This document shows positions 16,795-25,850 of a stretch of 30,604 nucleotides of DNA, in pieces; position 1 is the stretch's first letter; the number at the start of each line of letters is the position of its first letter. A program made the translations under genes and the position numbers. The stretch is taken from positions 7,096 to 37,699 of the forward strand of contig CAXSGP010000041.1 of NCBI GenBank assembly GCA_964236955.1, in the 5' to 3' direction. The notes below the pieces were generated by a model. That model did not search any database and was not told the DNA's origin. It saw only the letters and a program-made list of their open reading frames with translations. The DNA is from an uncultured Oligoflexus sp. (GTDB lineage: Bacteria; Bdellovibrionota_B; Oligoflexia; Oligoflexales; Oligoflexaceae).

Positions 16795-18173
16795 ATTTCC
16801 CCTCGCCGGTTCACACAGGCTTGAACGAAGTTTTGGGCGATGCTGGGATTGGAGGCCCAATGGGCATGAATATAGCTACCTAAGACTGATCCTGAGAGAA
16901 TGCCTTCCTTGTGTATTTCCTGAGATCGTCGTTTGCGAATTTTATAGATCGCTTGACCCTGCGCCGGCAACTCTTCGTAGCTCGAATATCGAAACTCATG
17001 GCCACGAAATCTAAGACCGGCCTTTCCCAAAAAGGAATCATTAAGCTGCTCAATTTCGGCATAACCCAAAGCCTGCAGTTTATCATGCATGCGAAGCGTC
17101 CCAGGGAGCAGGCCAAGCATGGGATGGCGCTGACCCTTACGATCGATAATGGCCTCGCTAAGGTACATAAAGCCCCCACATTCCCCGTAGATGGGAATGT
17201 CACGCTGAGCCGCTGAGTGTAGCGCTCGCTTCATCGCCTCGTTGCCGCTGAGGGCCGCAGCGAAGAGTTCGGGGTAACCGCCTCCCAGGTAGACCCCATC
17301 GCTTTGCGGCAGGTCGGTATCCGCCAGGGGCGAGAAGGGTATAAGTTTTGCGCCCGCGGAGCGTAGCAGGGTGAGATTGTCATCGTAGTAGAAATGAAAG
17401 GCATCATCATAGGCATAAGCTATCGTGCAGACTTCCGCCTGCAGAGGTTTTTCACCGATAGCTTTGAGATTGAGAACGGAAGCTTGCCGAGCCATCGCGA
17501 GGAGGCTGTCAAGATTGATATGAATCGATGCAAGGCAGGCCCAAGCCTCAAATCGTTCCGTTTCGGCACCTGATTTAATAGCTGATATCAATCCCAGGTG
17601 CCGTTCCGCAAATTTTAAATCCTCACGGCGAGGGAGTCCGCCCAGAACGGGCAGCGTGCGACAGGCTTCCCGCAATATATCCAGGTGCCGCTCGGAACCG
17701 ATACGATTGGCTATTAATCCGCCAACCCGAAGGTCAGGATCGTAGGCCTTAAATCCTAGCGCCAAGGCATCGATCGATCTCGCCATGCCGCCGGCATCAG
17801 CAACGAGTATCACTGGGGCATCGAGCCATTTGGCGATCTCTGCGGTGGATCCTGCATCACCGGTCGGTCCAGCGCCATCGAAGAGCCCCATGACGCCCTC
17901 GATAAGAGCAATGTCCGCATCCTTTGCGGCGCCGATGAAGGTGCGGAGCACAGCGTCTTTCCCCATCATCCAGCCATCTAAATTATGACAGGGCGCCTGT
18001 AGGTTTTGCTGGTGATAAGTCGGATCGAGATAATCAGGGCCGGACTTAAAGCATACAACCTTTAGACCTCGATCCTTGAGGGCACGAGCCAAGGCAAGCA
18101 TTGTGGTCGTCTTGCCAACACCGCTGGAAACTCCGGCTATTACAAGCCTTGGTATGGAGAAGGAACTCTGCAT
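16791..18173 (-). CDS. cobB: Cobyrinate a,c-diamide synthase (CobB/CbiA)
   Basis: SGVGKTT, FKSGPDYLDP, EGVMGLFDG, ERHLGL, AFHFYY, GGYPE, ECGGFMYL, GHEFRYS, YIHAHW. Confidence 0.96.
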   Translation of the reverse strand: MQSSFSIPRLVIAGVSSGVGKTTTMLALARALKDRGLKVVCFKSGPDYLDPTYHQQNLQAPCHNLDGWMMGKDAVLRTFIGAAKDADIALIEGVMGLFDGAGPTGDAGSTAEIAKWLDAPVILVADAGGMARSIDALALGFKAYDPDLRVGGLIANRIGSERHLDILREACRTLPVLGGLPRREDLKFAERHLGLISAIKSGAETERFEAWACLASIHINLDSLLAMARQASVLNLKAIGEKPLQAEVCTIAYAYDDAFHFYYDDNLTLLRSAGAKLIPFSPLADTDLPQSDGVYLGGGYPELFAAALSGNEAMKRALHSAAQRDIPIYGECGGFMYLSEAIIDRKGQRHPMLGLLPGTLRMHDKLQALGYAEIEQLNDSFLGKAGLRFRGHEFRYSSYEELPAQGQAIYKIRKRRSQEIHKEGILSGSVLGSYIHAHWASNPSIAQNFVQACVNRRGEI

Positions 18174-18203
18174 GATTCACCTTAGTTTTTTCTAGGATAG
18201 ACC

Positions 18204-18746
18204 TTAATAATCGATGGCCAGGCGTGCTTTCTGGCCTTTCTCAAAGGGATGCTTGACGGAGTTCATCTCGCTTACCAAATCAGCGATTTCGACCAGTTCT
18301 TCGGGTGCATTGCGACCGGTAAGAATCACATGAACGTCTTTTGGTCGGCGCTGAAGTTCGGCGATCACATCGGCAAGTTCCAAAAATCCATAGTGCAGGG
18401 CGTAGGTGATCTCATCGAGAATGACCAAGGGATACTCGCTGGAATTTATCAGCTTCTTGGAATGTTCCCAAGCGTTTTGGGCGGCGCTCCGGTCACGGCC
18501 GATGTCGTCACTTTCCCAGGTGAAGCCCTTGCCCATGACATAGAGATCGAGCAGTGGCAGCTGATCGGCCAGGAGGCGTTCGCCCGTCATCCATTTGCCC
18601 TTGATAAACTGGACCATACCCACTTTCCAGCCGCGGCCCATGGCTCGCCAGGCCGCGCCCAGCGAGGCGGTCGTTTTCCCTTTGCCGTTTCCTGTATAAA
18701 TTATGAGTAAACCTGAAGGTTTAGTGTCGTCATCTTGAGTGTTCAA
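18204..18746 (-). CDS. cobO: Cob(I)yrinic acid a,c-diamide adenosyltransferase (CobO/BtuR)
   Basis: YTGNGKGKTTA, QFIKG, GFTW, ILDEI, LTGR, ADLVSEM..VKHPF. Confidence 0.96.
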   Translation of the reverse strand: MNTQDDDTKPSGLLIIYTGNGKGKTTASLGAAWRAMGRGWKVGMVQFIKGKWMTGERLLADQLPLLDLYVMGKGFTWESDDIGRDRSAAQNAWEHSKKLINSSEYPLVILDEITYALHYGFLELADVIAELQRRPKDVHVILTGRNAPEELVEIADLVSEMNSVKHPFEKGQKARLAIDY

Positions 18747-19915
18747 AGAACCTGCTCCTGGTCCAAAGCTGAGTTTGAGAATCCATTATTTTTGGCCACG
18801 AGATAATCCTCCAATGCCTCCAGCAAACCTTCATAGCCTTGAGTTTTGCTTAAGATGATATGGCGGAAGCCAGCCTCACGAATCACCTCTGCTGACTTTT
18901 CGCCCATTACAAAAAAAGGCAGGTCGGCAAAGTCAAAGCCATAGGTATGTTTCAAAAGCTCTTTGGCCGCCCGACTGTTGGGGATCAGAATAGCTTCGGG
19001 GGTTGGCGCGGTGAGCTTTATCGCCTTGCTTATTAAGACCGGAGTCTGATCGGAATTCTTCAAAGTTTCCGAATATTTCATCAAAGGCAGATTAACGACG
19101 TCGGCTCCGCTTCGCATCAGCATGCTTCCGAGCTGGGAATGACCAGGTTCTTTGCGAGCCACAACCAGACGTCGGCCAGCCCAAGGCGATGCCGATGGCT
19201 TCCGGGTTTTTTTTGCAAAGCCGACGACGTCACCTATTATCACCAAGCCGGGAAGCTCCTCGCTCATCGTTTGCACACGCTGGCAGAGATTGGCAATTGT
19301 TCCCTGGAATTTTCTTTCCAGGGGAGTCGAGGCGCTTTGAATGAAGCATGCAGGCGTCGAGGGCGGATAGCCTTCCTTTAAAAGCGATTCACAGAGCTCA
19401 CCTAGTTTCCTTCGAGGCATATAGATCACGAGCGTCTCGCGACAGGCACCTTTGAGAGTGGCATGATTTCCCGCGCTTATATTAATGCCGCTCGCCATAT
19501 TCCGATGGGTCAAGGGAATGCCAAACGAAGCCGCCGCGCCGAAGATGGCGCTGATACCGGGTACGATTTCATAGGGGATATCAAAGGGTTCCAAGCCCTC
19601 TATTTCTTCAAAGGTCCGCCCGAAGACCAGGGGATCACCCGACTTCAGGCGGATGACGTCTTTACCGTTTCGAAGGCGGTCAAGCACCTCACGCGATAGC
19701 GGGTGCTCGCCCGGTCGGCGTTCGAAGGCCCGGTAACCAATGGGCAGGAGCTCGGCATCAGCAGGCGCCAGCTCCAGGATTGAAGGATGAACGAGATCAT
19801 CATAGGCGACGACCTCGGCGTGTTTAAGCAGTTTAGAGGCTTTGACAGTCAGATACTCCGGATTCCCTGAACCGGCCCCAACGAAATAGACCTTCCCAAC
19901 CTTCACCATCGGCAT
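18743..19915 (-). CDS. cobA: Uroporphyrinogen-III C-methyltransferase (CobA/SUMT) fused to a shortened HemD-like domain
   Basis: VYFVGAGSGNPEYLT, YDDLV, RLKSGDPLVFGR, VPGISA, GIPLTHR. C-terminal ~145 aa HemD-like (GRRLVVAR...GADVVNLPL...VMGEKSAEVIREAGF...EGLLEAL). Confidence 0.85.
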   Translation of the reverse strand: MPMVKVGKVYFVGAGSGNPEYLTVKASKLLKHAEVVAYDDLVHPSILELAPADAELLPIGYRAFERRPGEHPLSREVLDRLRNGKDVIRLKSGDPLVFGRTFEEIEGLEPFDIPYEIVPGISAIFGAAASFGIPLTHRNMASGINISAGNHATLKGACRETLVIYMPRRKLGELCESLLKEGYPPSTPACFIQSASTPLERKFQGTIANLCQRVQTMSEELPGLVIIGDVVGFAKKTRKPSASPWAGRRLVVARKEPGHSQLGSMLMRSGADVVNLPLMKYSETLKNSDQTPVLISKAIKLTAPTPEAILIPNSRAAKELLKHTYGFDFADLPFFVMGEKSAEVIREAGFRHIILSKTQGYEGLLEALEDYLVAKNNGFSNSALDQEQVL

Positions 19916-19920
19916 TTCCT

Positions 19921-20688
19921 CTATACTTTTTGCGCGTTGCGGTAGCCATGGCTGAAATCAGCGGCGTAGAGTCGGGAATCAGGGAAACTATGATTGCCGA
20001 TAACTCTGCCGATAATAATGATCGACTGGCTGGTGATGCGGGCTGACGTTATTTTCCCGACAATATCGGCAAGCGTGCCTTTGACAATCACCTGATCGGG
20101 ATGACTGGCTTTATGCACGATCGAGATCGGACAATCGTCGCCGTAGAATTCTTTGACGGTTCGCACGACCTTTCGCAGCAGGGTAATACTGAGAAAGAGG
20201 ACCAGAGTGGCCTGAGTCCTGGCATAGGCTTCCAGTTGCTCTCGCTCCGGCATCGGGGTGCGCCCCTCGGCCCGGGTGATGATTACGGTCTGGGAAATTT
20301 CAGGCAGCGTCAGCTCCTGTTTTAAGGCAGCCGCTGCCGCGCTGAAGGATGAGACGCCGGGAATCACTTCATAATCAATTTCAAGCTCATCAAGTTTGCG
20401 CATTTGCTCGGCCGTAGATCCGTAGATGCTGGGATCACCGGTATGCACGCGGGCCACCGAACGTCCGGCCCGGATTTCACTCTCGAGGATTTCAAGAATT
20501 TCCTCAAGGTTCATCCCTGCTGAATTCCAGACTCTGGCGTCGGCACGTCGGCATTCCAAAAGCGCTTCGGGAACGAGCGAGCCCGTATACATGATCGACG
20601 GGCAGGTCTCGATAAGCTTTCGTCCCTTGACCGTAATCAAATCGGGATCACCGGGGCCGGCACCTATAAAATATACTTTCATTTTCAT
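19921..20688 (-). CDS. cobM: Cobalt-precorrin-4 C11-methyltransferase (CbiF/CobM)
   Basis: GAGPGDPDLITVKG, YTGSLVP, RVHTGDPSIYG, ELTLPEISQTVIITR.EGRT, SRLY...FSHGYR. Confidence 0.97.
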   Translation of the reverse strand: MKMKVYFIGAGPGDPDLITVKGRKLIETCPSIMYTGSLVPEALLECRRADARVWNSAGMNLEEILEILESEIRAGRSVARVHTGDPSIYGSTAEQMRKLDELEIDYEVIPGVSSFSAAAAALKQELTLPEISQTVIITRAEGRTPMPEREQLEAYARTQATLVLFLSITLLRKVVRTVKEFYGDDCPISIVHKASHPDQVIVKGTLADIVGKITSARITSQSIIIIGRVIGNHSFPDSRLYAADFSHGYRNAQKV

Positions 20689-20694
20689 TCTTCC

Positions 20695-21105
20695 TTAAAT
20701 GCAGCGGAGCAGGTTATCGCGGATAATATCCCAGATGTCATCAGGCATGAGGGCCAGCCATTGAGCCTCTTTAAGCGTGGGTTGATCAGCTGCGGATTCC
20801 GAGGAATCGAAGGACAGTTCCCACAGCCTTTCGCTGACGGAGCCATTGCGATAGATCATGAATGACCTGACAAGTTTTTTAGCCAGGGCCTCCCCTTCGA
20901 GCGGCATAGTGAAGACGGGCCTCGGCTCCTTGACCTCGCCGATGACCTTCAGTTTGATATAGGGCTCGGCGCAAACGTCTCGCTCCTCCGGCTTTTCAAA
21001 GCCATGGGAGGCGAACTCCAGGGGGCCTTTGAGATCGCCGACAAGATAGTACGTTCCTTCGGTCGCAGCTAACACCGCTCCCCCTAAACGTGAAATTTTT
21101 GCCAT
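20695..21105 (-). CDS. Hypothetical protein inside the cobalamin operon
   Basis: 136-aa ORF, 1-nt overlap with the cbiH stop (TGATG), RBS GGGGA, 6 nt from the cbiF start. Confidence 0.8.
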   Translation of the reverse strand: MAKISRLGGAVLAATEGTYYLVGDLKGPLEFASHGFEKPEERDVCAEPYIKLKVIGEVKEPRPVFTMPLEGEALAKKLVRSFMIYRNGSVSERLWELSFDSSESAADQPTLKEAQWLALMPDDIWDIIRDNLLRCI

Positions 21106-22022
21106 CAGTTTTCCCCGGCCATGGCGGTTTGCATATTGACAAGGGAACCGGCCGTTCTAAGGCTGATGCCGGCTTCCTGCCCATCACGGATTTGTCCGTC
21201 CTCAAGATCATATTTGTTTTGGTAGCCACGCGGAGTCACCATGTAGCCTTCATACACATAGGTTTGGCTCGACCCGATCAAAACCGTTGTCAGCATGCCG
21301 ATCTCATAGTCAAGCATCTCGGCTAGGGTCGTGAGGACAACGTTCTGGCGAAAGCGATAGGCACTTTTTACCAGAGCCACCGGTGTCGAAGGCAAACGAT
21401 ATTTTAACAGAATCTCCTGAGCTCTCATGATCTGCCGCTGACGGCGGCCGGACGCGGGATTGTAAAGCCCTATCACAAAATCAGCAGCGGCGGCCATGTC
21501 GATGCGTTTTTCAATCACCGACCAGGGCGTTAAAAGATCAGAAAGTGAAATCATGCATGAATCGTGACACAGCGGCGCTCCGACCAGAGACGCACAGGCG
21601 TTGAGAGCTGTCGTACCAGGAATGATACGAAGTTCCGGTGGATCGCTGCGCTTCCAGCCGCTCTGTCGTAATACTTCAAAGACCAGGCCTGCCATTCCAT
21701 AGACTCCGGCATCGCCCGAAGAGATCAAAGCCACTTTCTCCCCGTTCTTAGCGCGTTCGACGGCAAGCCTGGCGCGACCGATTTCTTCGGTCATGCCCGT
21801 TTGAATGCGTTCCTTATCTTTGATTAGGGCGCGGACGAGCAGCATATAGGTTCGGTAGCCGATGACGAGATCGGCCTCCTGGATGGCCTTCAAGGCCGCA
21901 GGGGATATGTGCTGGTGCGACCCGGGGCCTATCCCTACCACCGACAGAGTGCCAACGCCGGGCCTGCTCACAGCATCGACGGGCTCGGTCGCTTCGTCGT
22001 CATGAATGGACTCATCTATCAT
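21105..22022 (-). CDS. cobJ: Cobalt-precorrin-3B C17-methyltransferase (CbiH/CobJ)
   Basis: VVGIGPG, MTEEIGRA, SSGDAGVYGMAG, GAPLCHD, ISLSDLLTPW, ADFVIGLYNP, MVTPRGY. Confidence 0.97.
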   Translation of the reverse strand: MIDESIHDDEATEPVDAVSRPGVGTLSVVGIGPGSHQHISPAALKAIQEADLVIGYRTYMLLVRALIKDKERIQTGMTEEIGRARLAVERAKNGEKVALISSGDAGVYGMAGLVFEVLRQSGWKRSDPPELRIIPGTTALNACASLVGAPLCHDSCMISLSDLLTPWSVIEKRIDMAAAADFVIGLYNPASGRRQRQIMRAQEILLKYRLPSTPVALVKSAYRFRQNVVLTTLAEMLDYEIGMLTTVLIGSSQTYVYEGYMVTPRGYQNKYDLEDGQIRDGQEAGISLRTAGSLVNMQTAMAGEN

Positions 22023-23152
22023 TGCACGGCTCCCTGATAATCAAAGCGGGTGGGGTGCGGGATTCGACTGACAGCTATCGTCATGTTGTGAGTTCCTGAC
22101 CCCTCGTTATATTTTTGTTTCGGAATCAGAAGTGTTGCGGCACCCGATGCCCGGAGCGAGGCCCCCTCGGCAACAGTCTGGGAACCGGTAAATTTTTTAA
22201 CAGTTGCCGAGGGATTTTGGATGCCGGGGGTTGCGTCCAAATATTCCGGCGGGTAATCGATAAGCTCCAGAGTATACTTTTCGCAAAGCTGCAGAAGAGC
22301 CGGTTCCTTGGCTTTGATGGCAATGGTAGCCAGAGATTTTACGCTTGGGATGGCCAGTCCATGATCTTGGAGCGTTTTTAAAAAGCCCCGTTCCAAAAGC
22401 TCGAAGGGAGTGTCCCGGTCACAGCCGATGCCGACCACCAGAGTCTTGGGATGATAAATGATGGTTTTTTGCAGCATCGACTCGCTCAGCCGCTCGCGAC
22501 TTCGATCGCTGACCAAAAGAATCATAACGTAGTGATCCAACTGATCCTCTTCCAGCCGCAGCGCATATTTTACCCCTTTGGGCAGCGCCTTTTGCAAAGG
22601 CCAGAAATCAGGTTCACCGACCTCCTGCACAACGAGCACATCTTCCTCATTGACGACGGCCGCGCAGCCTCGCGTGACGTTGCGATCCGGATGGGCCAGG
22701 ACCCAGCCCTTCTCACGACCCAGAATATCGACGCTGAGGGTGTTTTGCACATCCGAGGCCGTGGTTATGATAGCCTGGGCACCAAGTATCTCAGCTATTC
22801 TCCTGGCGAACTCGTTGGCCCTGCCGACGTGTCCGGAAAGGATGGGAATGACGTATTGGCCCTTGTCGTCGATACAGATGATAGCCGGATCTGTTTTTTT
22901 ATCTTTTATGGAGGGGGCCACCATCCGAATGACAGCTCCAACGCTGATAATAAAAATATGGCAGTCATAGGCTGGAATTAATTCTGCAAGTTTTGGCCCC
23001 ATTGGCAGAGGCATCGCCAGACAATTGTCGACGGTCCCGGCCAGTCTTTCAGAAACCCAGAGATCGGCGGGAAGATGCGCTCTTATTTTCTCGGCAAGGG
23101 GTATCCCATGCTTGGTAATGGCGTAGAGAGCAAAACGAAAGGGTAAAGTCAT
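22019..23152 (-). CDS. cbiG: Cobalt-precorrin-5A hydrolase CbiG
   Basis: GAVIRMVAP..DKKTDPA, PILSGHVGRAN, ITTASD, LVVGIGC, KAKEPAL, PS.TV...G...VAE. Confidence 0.95.
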   Translation of the reverse strand: MTLPFRFALYAITKHGIPLAEKIRAHLPADLWVSERLAGTVDNCLAMPLPMGPKLAELIPAYDCHIFIISVGAVIRMVAPSIKDKKTDPAIICIDDKGQYVIPILSGHVGRANEFARRIAEILGAQAIITTASDVQNTLSVDILGREKGWVLAHPDRNVTRGCAAVVNEEDVLVVQEVGEPDFWPLQKALPKGVKYALRLEEDQLDHYVMILLVSDRSRERLSESMLQKTIIYHPKTLVVGIGCDRDTPFELLERGFLKTLQDHGLAIPSVKSLATIAIKAKEPALLQLCEKYTLELIDYPPEYLDATPGIQNPSATVKKFTGSQTVAEGASLRASGAATLLIPKQKYNEGSGTHNMTIAVSRIPHPTRFDYQGAVQ

Positions 23153-23967
23153 CGATACACCTCCTGCGCTAAGGAAGCAGCCGGCGATGCCTCCAGATGG
23201 GCAGGCTTTAAAAGCTTGCCCTGGAGCAGACCATTACGGGTTTTCTTGCAGATGAGCACGGTGGAAAAATACACGCACTTTTCGCCGGTAAGCGATTCCA
23301 GATCATAGATAACGCGTTCATCCTCGCTCGAAGCGCGTTCCACATAAACCGCTTTATCGATGAGATCTTCCTCTTTGAGCAGTTCGATCACCCGCTCCAT
23401 CTGCGAGCTGACCTTCATCAGCACGACGCTGTCGAATTCTCGAACGACCTTGCGTAGGTCCTCAACGCCATAGGTCGCAGGCAGTATCGCAACCCGTTCC
23501 TGCCCGTCGGCCAGAGCCCAGTTCGCCGCAGCCGGCACAGCGGAAATACAGCTCACGCCTGGAATCACGCGGATGTCCAGGCCTTCGATCTGTTCGATCA
23601 TGGCTTGCCGCAAATAAATGAAGGTACTAAAAAAAAGCGGATCGCCCTGGGTGATAAATCCAACATCACGGCCTGCTAAGAGCTGCTCTCTAATCGCGGC
23701 AAATGCAATGTCCCAGGCAGGCTTAAGGACCTCAGGATCCTTACTCATGGGAAAGGTGAGAAAGAGTCTGACCTGATCGACCACGTCCTGCATATGAGGC
23801 TCAATGATACGCCAGGCAAGGGATTTGCTCCAAGGGTTGGGGCGGGGCACGGCCAGAACTTCGATGCTTCGAACCTTATCCAGAGCGCGAAGCGTCAAGA
23901 GATCAGGAGCGCCAGGGCCAACGCCGATGCCCCACAGGATTCCAAGTTCAGGCTTAGGGTTCAGCAT
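23149..23967 (-). CDS. cobI: Cobalt-precorrin-2 C20-methyltransferase (CbiL/CobI)
   Basis: GIGVGPGAPDLLTLRA, FPMSKD, GDPLFFSTFIYL, VLMKV, YFST. Confidence 0.95.
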   Translation of the reverse strand: MLNPKPELGILWGIGVGPGAPDLLTLRALDKVRSIEVLAVPRPNPWSKSLAWRIIEPHMQDVVDQVRLFLTFPMSKDPEVLKPAWDIAFAAIREQLLAGRDVGFITQGDPLFFSTFIYLRQAMIEQIEGLDIRVIPGVSCISAVPAAANWALADGQERVAILPATYGVEDLRKVVREFDSVVLMKVSSQMERVIELLKEEDLIDKAVYVERASSEDERVIYDLESLTGEKCVYFSTVLICKKTRNGLLQGKLLKPAHLEASPAASLAQEVYR

Positions 23968-25198
23968 GGGTTTTCTCTATCGAAAAGATGTGGATCGGAT
24001 TCATGGCATCGTAGCGGGTGTACTTTCCGGCTAAAGGTTTGCCGCGGGAAATATTCACCATTATGATATTGGGCTGGAGCTTTCTCTGTTTAAAGAATTG
24101 ATAGGCTTCGTTGACGTTCTCCAAAGTCACGGCGTTGACAACGAGCCGTCCTCCGAGGCGGAGTCGATCCAGGGCAAGGCCGAGAATATTTTGCAGCGCG
24201 CCCTTGCTACCCCCAACGAATACAGCATCAGGATCCGGCAAATCCCGGAGAGCATCAGGGGCCAGACCTTTGATGACCGTTACGTTATCGGTGTGATGGT
24301 GCCTGATGTTAAATTCACAAAGCTCGACCCCTTCCGGATCACATTCCACTGCATAGGCCTTGCCCTGGGTTGCAATTTTTGCCGCTTCAATGGCTACCGA
24401 TCCTGAACCGGCACCGACGTCCCACAGCAGCGTTTTCGAGTGTATTCCCAGGCATGCTAACGACAGGGCTCTGATTTCCCGCTTGGTGATCAGGCCATGC
24501 AGAGGGCTGCGGTGGGCAAAGTCATCTTCATCGAGAAAGGGAATCGCCGCTTTTGGAACCTGCGGCGCATGGCGTTTAAGAAGAACTACGTTTAGGCTAG
24601 ATATATCAGTAATTTCGGATAGTTCCAGAATAGAAAAGTGCCGTATCCGCTGCTCCGGCCCTTCGAGGTTCTCGCAGACGACAGCATCCCATTGGGTATC
24701 ATTGAATTCGACAAGCCGAAGTGAGATCGCACGTGGCGGATTGATGGGATCAGTGAATAAGCCGACGGTCGCATGATGCTGAATGACATTGACCAGGCCG
24801 GCCATGTCCCGCCCATGATAGGAACCCAAATAAGCCTCTGTCCAGCTCCATCCCACTGCGGCGAAAGCCATCTGCATGGAACTTACATGGGGCACGATCG
24901 TCACATGCTCGACTCCAAATCGCTTGGTAACCAGGGACCCAATACCAAAAAATAATGGGTCGCCCGAGGCAAGTATGGTGACGGTGGATTCAGCCGATTC
25001 TTCGAAAAGATCATCCAAAAATAGCGATAGTTTGCCTTCGATCGCAATCTTTTTGCCATGATAATCGGGAAAAAATCGCAGCAAGCGTTCGCTGCCCGCC
25101 AGGACATGACTGGTCGTGATCAAATTGAAGGCGCGGCTTGAAAGCGAGGAACACCCTCCCTCGCCCATACCGATGAGATTCAAAGCGGTGCGAACCAT
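23954..25198 (-). CDS. cbiE: Bifunctional cobalt-precorrin-7 C5-methyltransferase / cobalt-precorrin-6B C15-methyltransferase (CbiET/CobL)
   Basis: LASGDPLFFGIG, ENLEG, ITKREIRALSL..L, WDVGAGSGSVAIE, PDAVFVGGS, GGRLVVNAVTLE. ATG 25198 with RBS GAAAGG. Confidence 0.95.
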   Translation of the reverse strand: MVRTALNLIGMGEGGCSSLSSRAFNLITTSHVLAGSERLLRFFPDYHGKKIAIEGKLSLFLDDLFEESAESTVTILASGDPLFFGIGSLVTKRFGVEHVTIVPHVSSMQMAFAAVGWSWTEAYLGSYHGRDMAGLVNVIQHHATVGLFTDPINPPRAISLRLVEFNDTQWDAVVCENLEGPEQRIRHFSILELSEITDISSLNVVLLKRHAPQVPKAAIPFLDEDDFAHRSPLHGLITKREIRALSLACLGIHSKTLLWDVGAGSGSVAIEAAKIATQGKAYAVECDPEGVELCEFNIRHHHTDNVTVIKGLAPDALRDLPDPDAVFVGGSKGALQNILGLALDRLRLGGRLVVNAVTLENVNEAYQFFKQRKLQPNIIMVNISRGKPLAGKYTRYDAMNPIHIFSIEKTHAEP

Positions 25199-25199
25199 C

Positions 25200-25850
25200 T
25201 CAATGCCTTTCTTCAACGCTTAGAGCTAAAAGAGCATGCAGGATGGCGACGGCGATTGGGCTGCCGCCTTTGCGTCCGCGGGTGACGATACTGGGAACGC
25301 CCAACTGCATGATGAGTTCCTTGGATTCGACCGCTGAAACAAAACCCACCGGGACGCCAATGATCAAGGCCGGTTTTACGCCCATTTCCTGGATAAGCCG
25401 GGCGGCTTCGAGAAGCGCCGTGGGCGCATTGCCTACCGCAATGATAGCGCCTTCGACCAGACCGAGACGGTGGGCCTTGCCCATCGCTTCGATCGCCCGC
25501 GTGGTATTTTTGCGGGTGGCATCCTCGATGACGTCGTCATCCGAAATAAAGCAGTGGATTTTGCAGCCATACTGATCGAGACGGGCTTGATTGAGGCCGA
25601 CTTGAATCATACGAACATCCGTGACGATAGGACATCCGCGGAAGAAGGCCGCAGTCGCTGCGCGGACGGCATCGGGGTGAATAAAGGTGAGGTCCTTGAA
25701 TTCAAAATCCGCCGTTGCGTGAATAATCCGCCTGACAATTTGCCACTGGTCAGCTGCAAAGGAGTGGGGCCCACATTCTTCATCGATAATGGCAAAGCTG
25801 CTGCTTTCGATCGCGCGTCCGGTCTGCGTCATCTGTCTCATATCGTTCAT
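25200..25850 (-). CDS. cbiC: Cobalt-precorrin-8 methylmutase (CbiC/CobH)
   Basis: IE..SFAIIDEE, RRIIHATADFE, GNAPTALL, GVPVGFVSAVESKE, GRKGGS. ATG 25850 overlaps the cbiD stop. Confidence 0.96.
   Translation of the reverse strand: MNDMRQMTQTGRAIESSSFAIIDEECGPHSFAADQWQIVRRIIHATADFEFKDLTFIHPDAVRAATAAFFRGCPIVTDVRMIQVGLNQARLDQYGCKIHCFISDDDVIEDATRKNTTRAIEAMGKAHRLGLVEGAIIAVGNAPTALLEAARLIQEMGVKPALIIGVPVGFVSAVESKELIMQLGVPSIVTRGRKGGSPIAVAILHALLALSVEERH

Noticed and set aside
16795..16860. N-terminal extensions in the ORF track for cobQ (also cbiC to 25985, LonB-like to 13830, cbiX to 29412)
   Set aside because: They overlap upstream genes or the riboswitch platform; ATGA-coupled or RBS-supported downstream starts fit better.
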